Source of the DNA: Eimeria praecox | Taxonomy: Eukaryota | Direction of reading: 5' to 3' | DNA length: 64,000 nt | Assembly: GCA_963920595.1 (NCBI GenBank) | Contig: OY986949.1 | Location: forward strand, 3,596,001 to 3,660,000 | Shown here: piece by piece, positions 1-11,100 of the stretch | How the letters are laid out: each line of letters begins with the position of its first letter | How positions within the stretch are numbered: position 1 is the first letter of the stretch | Notes under the pieces: generated by a model | Seen by the model: the letters and a program-made list of their open reading frames with translations, nothing else | Databases searched by the model: none | Told to the model about the DNA's origin: nothing | Made by a program: the position numbers and the translations under genes

Positions 1-853
1 TCCGAACAAAACACACAAACACCTGTGGCAGCGTTCGTGCATGTACAACAACCTGATGCCCACACTCCAACACAACCAGCACCTGCCAAACCTCTCTCTG
101 TCTCTGCGCAGAAGCCGCCTGGCCTGCCACCTCCACAACACCCACTTGCTGCGGTGGCTAAACACCAACAAAAACGTAAGCCAGCGACCCTGTTAACGGC
201 AACCCTCCCTCCAAACCAACAGCCATAATCTATTCCCAAAACCACCAGCACGCCACTAGCTACCATGCATCTGCCCCAGAATAGCGCACTCTTCCCACAG
301 ACTCACGTAACGCGCTTCCATCGACCAACCACTAATTTACGCCTATGGAACGCCCCACACAAAAACAGCTTTGTCTATTCTCCGAACAAAACACACAGAC
401 ACACGTGGCAGCGTCCGTCCATGTACAACAACCTGATGCCCACACTCCAACACAACCAGCACCTGCCAAACCTCTCTCTCTCTCTCTGCGCAGGAGCCGC
501 CTGGCCTGCCACCTCCACAACACCCACTTGCTGCGGTGGCTGAAGACCAACAACAAAGTAAGCCAGCGACCCTGCTAGGGGAAACCCTCGCTCCAAACTA
601 ACAGCCATAATCTATTCCCAAAACCACCAGCACGCCACTAGCTACCATGCATCTGCCCCAGAATAGCGCACTCGCGTCACACATTCACGTCTTGCGGTTC
701 CATCTAGCAGCTACTGACTCACCCCTATGGAAAGCCCCACACAAAAACAGCTTTGTCTATCCTCCGAACAAAACACACAAACACCTGTGGCAGCGTCCGT
801 CCATGCACAACAACCTGATGCCCCCACTCCAACACAACCAGCACCTGCCAAAC

Positions 854-867
854 CTCTCTCTCTCTCT
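854..867 (+). repeat. (CT)n microsatellite embedded once in every monomer (example shown is (CT)7)
   Basis: (CT)8 at 472-487, (CT)7 in 378-bp units, (CT)6 in many 376-bp units, (CT)5 at 20800-20809, and collapsed to CTCCCT in 370-bp units. It explains most monomer length variation. Confidence 0.95.
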
Positions 868-1748
868 GCGCAGAAGCCGCCTGTTCTGCCACCTCCACAA
901 CACCCACTTGCTGCGGTTGCTGAAAACCAACAACAAAGTAAGCCAGCGACCCTGCTAAGGGAAACCCTCTCTCCAAACCAACAGCCATAATCCATTCCCA
1001 AAACCACCAGCATGCCACTATCTACCATGCATCTGCCCCAGGTTGCCGCACTCTTCACAAATTCACGTCCTGCGCTTCCATCGACCACTTACTAATTTAT
1101 GCCTATGGAAAGCCCCACACCAAAACAGCTTTGTCTATCCTCCGAACAAAACACACAAACACCCGTGGCAGCATCCGTCCATGTACAACAACCTGATGCC
1201 CACACTCCAACACAGCCAGCACCTGCCAAACCTCTCTCTCTCTCTGCGCAGGAGCCGCCTGCCCTGCCACCTCCACAACACCCACTTGCTGCGGTTGCTG
1301 AAAACCAACAACAAAGTAAGCCAACGAGCCTGATAAGGGTACGACTCACTCCAAACCAACAGCCATAATCTATTCCCTAAACCACCGGCACGCCACTGTC
1401 TACCATGCATCTGCCCCAGATTGTCGCCTTCTTCCCACAGACTCACGTCCCGCGCTTCCATCGACCACTTACTAATTTATGCCTATGGAACTCCCCACAC
1501 CAAAACAGCTTTGTCAATCCTCCGAACAAAACACACAAACACCCGTGGCAGCGTGCGTCCATGCACAGCAACCTGATGCCCACACTCCAACACAACCAGC
1601 ACCTGCCAAACCTCTCTCTCTCTCTGCGCAGGAGCCGCCTAACCTGCCACCTCCACAACACCCACTTGCTGCGGTGGCTGAAAACCAACAACAAAGTAAG
1701 CCAACGAGCCTGCTAAGGGTACGACTCACTCCAAACCAACAGCCATAA

Positions 1749-4700
1749 TATTTTCCCCAAACCACCGCCACCCCACTACCTACCTTGGCAGCGTCCGTCC
1801 ATGCACAACGCGCTCAAGCGCACACTCCAACACAACCAGCACCTGCCAAACCTCTCTCTCTCTGCGCAGGAGCCGCCTGCCCTCCCACCTCCACAACACC
1901 CACTTGCTCAGGTTGCTGAAAACCAAGAACAACATAGGCCAGCGACCCTGATAAGGAGAAGCTTCGCTCCAAACCAACAGCCATAATCTATTCCTAAAAC
2001 CACCAGCATGTCACTGTCTACCATGCATCTGCCCCAGATTGGCCCACGCGTCACACATTCACGTCTTGCGGTTCCATCTAGCAGCTACTGACTCACCCGT
2101 ATGGAAAGCCCCACGCCAAAACAGCTTTGTCTATCCTCCAAACAAAACACACAAACACCCGTGGCAGCGTTCGTCCATGTACAACAACCTGATGCCCACA
2201 CTCCAACACAACCAGCACCTGCCAAACCTCCCTCTCTCTCTGCGCAGAAGCCGCCTAACCTGCCACCTCCACAACACCCACTTGCTGCGGTTGCTGAAAA
2301 CCAACAACAACGTAAGCCAGCGACCCTGCTAAGGGAAACCCTCGCTCCAAACCAACAGCCATAATCTATTCCCAAAACCACCGGCACCCCACTAGCTACC
2401 ATGCATCTGCCCCAGATTGTCGCACTCTTCCCACAGACTCACGTCCCGCGCTTCCATCGACCACCTACTAATTTACGCCTATGGAACGCCCCACATAAAA
2501 AAAGCTTTGTCTATCCTCCGAACAAAACACACACACACCTGTGGCAGCGTCCATCCATGCACAACAACCTGATGCCCACACTCCAACACAACCAGCACCT
2601 GCCAAACCTCTTTCTCTCTCTGCGCAGGAGCCGCCTGGTCTGCCACCTCCACAACACCCACTTGCTGCGGTGGCTGAAAACCAACAACAAAGTAAGCCAG
2701 CGAGCCTGCTAGGGATAAGCGTCTCTCCAAACCAACAGCCATAATCTATTCCCCAAACCACCAGCATGCCACTATCTACCATGCATCTGCCCCAGGTTGC
2801 CGCACTCTTCACAAATTCACGTCCTGCGCTTCCATCGACCACTTACTAATTTATGCCTATGGAAAGCCCCACACCAAAACAGCTTTGTCTATCCTCCAAA
2901 CAAAACACACAAACACCCGTGGCAGCGTCCATCCATGCACAACAACCTGATGCCCACACTCCAACACAACCAGCACCTGCCAAACCTCTCTCTCTCTCTG
3001 CGCAGAAGCCGCCTGGCCTGCCACCTCCACAACACCCACTTTCTCCGGTGGCTGAAAACCAACAACAAAGTAAGCCAACGAGCCTGATAAGGGTACGACT
3101 CACTCCAAACCAACAGCCATAATATTTTCCCCAAACCACCGCCACGCCACTACCTACCTTGGCAGCGTCCGTCCATGCACAACGCGCTCAAGCGCACACT
3201 CCAACACAACCAGCACCTGCCAAACCTCTCTCTCTCTGCGCAGGAGCCGCCTGCCCTCCCACCTCCACAACACCCACTTGCTCAGGTTGCTGAAAACCAA
3301 GAACAACATAGGCCAGCGACCCTGATAAGGAGAAGCTTCGCTCCAAACCAACAGCCATAATCTATTCCCAAAACCACCAGCATGTCACTGTCTACCATGC
3401 ATCTGCCCCAGATTGGCTCACGCGTCACACATTCACGTCTTGCGGTTCCATCTAGCAGCTACTGACTCACCCGTATGGAAAGCCCCACACCAAAACAGCT
3501 TTGTCTATCCTCCAAACAAAACACACAAACACCCGTGGCAGCGTCCGTCCATGTACAACAACCTGATGCCCACACTCCAACACAACCAGCACCTGCCAAA
3601 CCTCTCTCTCTCTCTGCGCAGGAGCCGCTTAACCTGCCACCTCCACAACACCCACTTGCTGCGGTTGCTGAAAACCAACAACAAAGTAAGCCAGCGACCC
3701 CGCTAAGGGAAACCCTCGCTCCAAACCAACAGCCATAATCTATTCCCAAACCCACCGGCACGCCACTATCTACCACGCATCTGCCCCAGATTGTCGCACT
3801 CTTCCCACAGACTCACGTCCCGCGCTTCCATCGACCACCTACTAATTTACGCCTATGGAACGCCCCACATAAAAAAAGCTTTGTCTATCCTCCGAACAAA
3901 ACACACACACACCTGTGGCAGCGTCCATCCATGCACAACAACCTGATGCCCACACTCCAACACAACCAGCACCTGCCAAACCTCTTTCTCTCTCTGCGCA
4001 GGAGCCGCCTGGTCTGCCACCTCCACAACACCCACTTGCTGCGGTGGCTGAAAACCAACAACAACGTAAGCCAGCGACCCTGCTAAGGGAAACCCTCGCT
4101 CCAAACCAACAGCCATAATCTATTCCCCAAACCACCAGCAGGTAGCTGTCGACCATGCATCTGCCCCAGGTTGCCGCACTCTTCACAAATTCACGTCCTG
4201 CGCTTCCATCGACCAACCACTAATTTGCGCCTATGGAACTCCCCACACCAAAACAGCTTTGTCAATCCTCCGAACAAAACACACAAACACCCGTGGCAGC
4301 GTGCGTCCATGCACAACAACCTGATCCGCACACTGTAACACAACCAGCACCTGCCAAACCTCTCTCTCTCTCTGCGCAAGAGCCGCCTACCAAGATACCT
4401 CCACACCACCCACTTGCTGCGGTGGCTGAAAACCAACAAAAAAGTAAGCCAACGAGCCTGCTAAGGGTACGACTCACTCCAAACCAACAGCCATAATATT
4501 TTCCCCAAACCACCGCCACGCCATTGCCTACCTTGGCAGCGTCCGTCCATGCACAACGCGCTCAAGCGCACACTCCAACACAACCAGCACCTGCCAAACC
4601 TCTCTCTCTCTGCGCAGGAGCCGCCTGCCCTCCCAACTCCACAACACCCACTTGCTCAGGTTGCTGAAAACCAAGAACAACATAGGCCAGCGACCCTGAT

Positions 4701-5112
4701 AAGGAGAAGCTTCGCTCCAAACCAACAGCCATAATCTATTCCCAAACCCACCAGCATGTCACTGTCTACCATGCATCTGCCCCAGATTGGCTCACGCGTC
4801 ACACATTCACGTCCTGCGGTTCCATCTAGCAGCTACTGACTCACCCCTATGGAAAGCCCCACACCAAAACACCTTTGTCTATCCTCCAAACAAAACACAC
4901 AAACACCCGTGGCAGCGTTCGTCCATGTACAACAACCTGATGCCCACACTCCAACACAACCAGCACCTGCCAAACCTCTCTCTCTCTCTGCGCAGGAGCC
5001 GCCTAACCTGCCACCTCCACAACACCCACTTGCTGCGGTGGCTGAAAACCAACAACAAAGTAAGCCAGCGATCCTGCTAAGGGAAACCCTCGCTCCAAAC
5101 CAACAGCCATAA
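1749..5112. repeat. 1,374-bp four-monomer higher-order repeat (238+378+380+378), about 2.5 copies
   Basis: Truncated monomers start at 1749, 3123 and 4497 (spacing 1374). The same order of monomer head types recurs in each period. Confidence 0.85.
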
Positions 5113-8100
5113 TCTATTCCCTAAACCACCGGCACGCCACTACCTACCATGCGTCTGCCCCAGATTGTCGCCTTCTTCCCACAGACTCACGTCCCGCGCT
5201 TCCATCGACCACTTACTAATTTATGCCTATGGAACTCCCCACACCAAAACAGCTTTGTCAATCCTCCGAACAAAACACACAAACACCCGTGGCAGCGTGC
5301 GTCCATGCACAGCAACCTGATGCCCACACTCCAACACAACCAGCACCTGCCAAACCTCTCTCTCTCTCTGCGCAGGAGCCGCCTAACCTGCCACCTCCAC
5401 AACACCCACTTGCTGCGGTGGCTGAAAACCAACAACAAAGTAAGCCAACGAGCCTGCTAAGGGTACGACTCACTCCAAACCAACAGCCATAATATTTTCC
5501 CCAAACCACCGCCACCCCACTACCTACCTTGGCAGCGTCCGTCCATGCCCAACGCGCTCAAGCGCACACTCCAACACAACCAGCACCTGCCAAACCTCTC
5601 TCTCTCTGCGCAGGAGCCGCCTGCCCTCCCAACTCCACAACACCCACTTGCTCAGGTTGCTGAAAACCAAGAACAACATAGGCCAGCGACCCTGATAAGG
5701 AGAAGCTTCGCTCCAAACCAACAGCCATAATCTATTCCCAAAACCACCAGCATGTCACTGTCTACCATGCATCTGCCCCAGATTGGCTCACGCGTCACAC
5801 ATTCACGTCTTGCGGTTCCATCTAGCAGCTACTGACTCACCCCTATGGAAAGCCCCGCACCAAAACAGCTTTGTCTATCCTCCAAACAAAACACACAAAC
5901 ACCCGTGGCAGCGTTCGTCCATGTACAACAACCTGATGCCCACACTCCAACACAACCAGCACCTGCCAAACCTCTCTCTCTCTCTGCGCAGGAGCCGCCT
6001 GCCCTCCCACCTCCACAACACCCACTTGCTCAGGTTGCTGAAAACCAAGAACAACATAGGCCAGCGACCCTGATAAGGAGAAGCTTCGCTCCAAACCAAC
6101 AGCCATAATCTATTCCTAAAACCACCAGCATGTCACTGTCTACCATGCATCTGCCCCAGATTGGCTTACGCGTCACACATTCACGTCTTGCGGTTCCATC
6201 TAGCAGCTACTGACTCACCCCTATGGAAAGCCCCACACCAAAACAGCTTTGTCTATCCTCCAAACAAAACACACAAACACCCGTGGCAGCGTTCGTCCAT
6301 GTACAACAACCTGATGCCCACACTCCAACACAACCAGCACCTGCCAAACCTCTCTCTCTCTCTGCGCAGGAGCCGCCTAACCTGCCACCTCCACAACACC
6401 CACCTGCTGCGGTTGCTGAAAACCAACAACAGCGTAAGCCAGCGAGCCTGCTAAGGATAAGCCTCTCTCCAAACCAACAGCCATAATATTTTCCCCAAAC
6501 CACCGCCACGCCACTACCTACCTTGGCAGCGTCCGTCCATGCACAACGCGCTCAAGCGCACACTCCAACACAACCAGCACCTGCCAAACCTCTCTCTCTC
6601 TGCGCAGGAGCCGCCTGCCCTCCCAACTCCACAACACCCACTTGCTCAGGTTGCTGAAAACCAAGAACAACATAGGCCAGCGACCCTGATAAGGAGAAGC
6701 TTCGCTCCAAACCAACAGCCATAATCTATTCCCAAACCCACCAGCATGTCACTGTCTACCATGCATCTGCCCCAGATTGGCTCACGCGTCACACATTCAC
6801 GTCCTGCGGTTCCATCTAGCAGCTACTGACTCACCCCTATGGAAAGCCCCACACCAAAACAGCTTTGTCTATCCTCCAAACAAAACACACAAACACCCGT
6901 GGCAGCGTTCGTCCATGTACAACAACCTGATGCCCACACTCCAACACAACCAGCACCTGCCAAACCTCTCTCTCTCTCTGCGCAGGAGCCGCTTAACCTG
7001 CCACCTCCACAACACCCACTTGCTGCGGTTGCTGAAAACCAACAACAAAGTAAGCCAGCGACCCCGCTAAGGGAAACCCTCGCTCCACCCCAACAGCCAT
7101 AATCTATTCCCAAACCCACCGGCACGCCACTATCTACCACGCATCTGCCCCAGATTGTCGCACTCTTCCCACAGACTCACGTCCTGCGCTTCCATCGACC
7201 ACCTACTAATTTATGCCTATGGAACGCCCCACATAAAAAAAGCTTTGTCTATCCTCCGAACAAAACACACAAACACCTGTGGCAGCGTCCGTCCATGCAC
7301 AACAACCTGATGCCCACACTCCAACACAACCAGCACCTGCCAAACCTCTTTCTCTCTCTGGGCAGGAGCCGCCTGCGCTGCCACCTCCACAACACCCACT
7401 TGCTGCGGTTGCTGAAAACCAACAACAACGTAAGCCAGCGACCCTGCTAAGGGAAACCCTCGCTCCAAACCAACAGCCATAATCTATTCCCCAAACCACC
7501 AGCAGGTAGCTGTCGACCATGCATCTGCCCCAGGTTGCCGCACTCTTCACAAATTCACGTCCTGCGCTTCCATCGACCAACCACTAATTTGCGCCTATGG
7601 AACTCCCCACACCAAAACAGCTTTGTCAATCCTCCGAACAAAACACACAAACACCCGTGGCAGCGTTCGTCCATGTACAACAACCTGATGCCCACACTCC
7701 AACACAACCAGCACCTGCCAAACCTCTCTCTCTCTGCGCAGGAGCCGCCTACCAAGATACCTCCACACCACCCACTTGCTGCGGTGGCTGAAAACCAACA
7801 AAAAAGTAAGCCAACGAGCCTGCTAAGGGTACGACTCACTCCAAACCAACAGCCATAATATTTTCCCCAAACCACCGCCACGCCACTGCCTACCTTGGCA
7901 GCGTTCGTCCATGTACAACAACCTGATGCCCACACTCCAACACAACCAGCACCTGCCAAACCTCTCTCTCTCTGCGCAGGAGCCGCCTGCCCTCCCAACT
8001 CCACAACACCCACTTGCTCAGGCTGCTGAAAACCAAGAACAACATAGGCCAGCGACCCTGATAAGGAGAAGCTTCGCTCCAAACCAACAGCCATAATCTA

Positions 8101-11100
8101 TTCCCAAAACCACCAGCATGTCACTGTCTACCATGCATCTGCCCCAGATTGGCTTACGCGTCACACATTCACGTCTTGCGGTTCCATCGACCACCTACTA
8201 ATTTATGCCTATGGAACGCCCCACATAAAAAAAGCTTTGTCTATCCTCCAAACAAAACACACAAACACCTGTGGCAGCGTCCCTCCATGCACAACAACCT
8301 GATGCCCACACTCCCAGCACCTGCCAAACCTCTCTCTCTCTCTGGGCAGGAGCCGCCTGCGCTGCCACCTCCACAACACCCACTTGCTGCGGTTGCTGAA
8401 AACCAACAACAACGTAAGCCAGCGACCCTGCTAAGGGAAACCCTCGCTCCAAACCAACAGCCATAATCTATTCCCCAAACCACCAGCAGGTAGCTGTCGA
8501 CCATGCATCTGCCCCAGGTTGCCGCACTCTTCACAAATTCACGTCCTGCGCTTCCATCGACCAACCACTAATTTGCGCCTATGGAACTCCCCACACCAAA
8601 ACAGCTTTGTCAATCCTCCGAACAAAACACACAAACACCCGTGGCAGCGTGCGTCCATGCACAACAACCTGATCCGCACACTGTAACACAACCAGCACCT
8701 GCCAAACCTCTCTCTCTCTCTGCGCAAGAGCCGCCTACCAAGATACCTCCACACCACCCACTTGCTGCGGTGGCTGAAAACCAACAACAAAGTAAGCCAA
8801 CGAGCCTGCTAAGGGTACGACTCACTCCAAACCAACAGCCATAATATTTTCCCCAAACCACCGCCACCCCACTACCTACCTTGGCAGCGTCCGTCCATGC
8901 CCAACGCGCTCAAGCGCACACTCCAACACAACCAGCACCTGCCAAACCTCTCTCTCTCTGCGCAGGAGCCGCCTGCCCTCCCAACTCCACAACACCCACT
9001 TGCTCAGGTTGCTGAAAACCAAGAACAACATAGGCCAGCGACCCTGATAAGGAGAAGCTTCGCTCCAAACCAACAGCCATAATCTATTCCCAAACCCACC
9101 AGCATGTCACTGTCTCCCATGCATCTGCCCCAGATTGGCTCACGCGTCACACATTCACGTCCTGCGGTTCCATCTAGCAGCTACTGACTCACCCCTATGG
9201 AAAGCCCCGCACCAAAACAGCTTTGTCTATCCTCCAAACAAAACACACAAACACCCGTGGCAGCGTTCGTCCATGTACAACAACCTGATGCCCACACTCC
9301 AACACAACCAGCACCTGCCAAACCTCTCTCTCTCTCTGCGCAGGAGCCGCCTGCCCTGCCACCTCCACAACACCCACTCGCTGCGGTGGCTGAAAACCAA
9401 CAACAAAGTAAGCCAACGAGCCTGCTAAGGGTACGACTCACTCCAAACCAACAGCCATAATATTTTCCCCAAACCACCGCCACGCCACTACCTACCTTGG
9501 CAGCGTCCGTCCATGCACAACGCGCTCAAGCGCACACTCCAACACAACCAGCACCTGCCAAACCTCTCTCTCTCTGCGCAGGAGCCGCCTGCCCTCCCAC
9601 CTCCACAACACCCACTTGGTCAGGTTGCTGAAAACCAAGAACAACATAGGCCAGCGACCCTGATAAGGAGAAGCTTCGCTCCAAACCAACAGCCATAATC
9701 TATTCCCAAAACCACCAGCATGTCACTGTCTACCATGCATCTGCCCCAGATTGGCTTACGCGTCACACATTCACGTCTTGCGGTTCCATCTAGCAGCTAC
9801 TGACTCACCCCTATGGAAAGCCCCACACCAAAACAGCTTTGTCTATCCTCCAAACAAAACACACAAACACCCGTGGCAGCGTTCGTCCATGTACAACAAC
9901 CTGATGCCCACACTCCAACACAACCAGCACCTGCCAAACCTCTCTCTCTCTGCGCAGGAGCCGCCTGCCCTCCCACCTCCACAACACCCACTTGCTGCGG
10001 TTGCTGAAAACCAAGAACAACATAGGCCAGCGACCCTGATAAGGAGAAGCTTCGCTCCAAACCAACAGCCATAATCTATTCCCAAAACCACCAGCATGTC
10101 ACTGTCTACCATGCATCTGCCCCAGATTGGCTTACGCGTCACACATTCACGTCTTGCGGTTCCATCTAGCAGCTACTGACTCACCCCTATGGAAAGCCCC
10201 GCACCAAAACAGCTTTGTCTATCCTCCAAACAAAACACACAAACACCCGTGGCAGCGTTCGTCCATGTACAACAACCTGATGCCCACACTCCAACACAAC
10301 CAGCACCTGCCAAACCTCTCTCTCTCTGCGCAGGAGCCGCCTGCCCTCCCACCTCCACAACACCCACTTGCTCAGGTTGCTGAAAACCAAGAACAACATA
10401 GGCCAGCGACCCTGATAAGGAGAAGCTTCGCTCCAAACCAACAGCCATAATCTATTCCCAAAACCACCAGCATGTCACTGTCTACCATGCATCTGCCCCA
10501 GATTGGCTCACGCGTCACACATTCACGTCTTGCGGTTCCATCTAGCAGCTACTGACTCACCCCTATGGAAAGCCCCACACCAAAACAGCTTTGTCTATCC
10601 TCCAAACAAAACACACAAACACCCGTGGCAGCGTGCGTCCATGTACAACAACCTGATGCCCACACTCCAACACAACCAGCACCTGCCAAACCTCTCTCTC
10701 TCTCTGCGCAGGAGCCGCCTGCCCTGCCACCTCCACAACACCCACTCGCTGCGGTGGCTGAAAACCAACAACAAAGTAAGCCAACGAGCCTGCTAAGGGT
10801 ACGACTCACTCCAAACCAACAGCCATAATATTTTCCCCAAACCACCGCCACGCCACTACCTACCTTGGCAGCGTCCGTCCATGCACAACGCGCTCAAGCG
10901 CACACTCCAACACAACCAGCACCTGCCAAACCTCTCTCTCTCTGCGCAGGAGCCGCCTGCCCTCCCACCTCCACAACACCCACTTGCTCAGGTTGCTGAA
11001 AACCAAGAACAACATAGGCCAGCGACCCTGATAAGGAGAAGCTTCGCTCCAAACCAACAGCCATAATCTATTCCTAAAACCACCAGCATGTCACTGTCTA

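Noticed and set aside
611..990. Monomer as an ancient dimer of ~189-bp halves or a multimer of a CTCCAAACCAAC-like motif
   Set aside because: Only short low-complexity C/A motifs recur within the monomer, and I could not align two halves by eye.
2319..2346. Possible hairpin AGCGA-CCCT-GCTA-AGGG-...-TCGCT and short palindromes (CTGCGCAG, GCATATGC, GTGCGCAC)
   Set aside because: Stems are only 4-5 bp and are disrupted in many monomer types without consistent compensatory changes.
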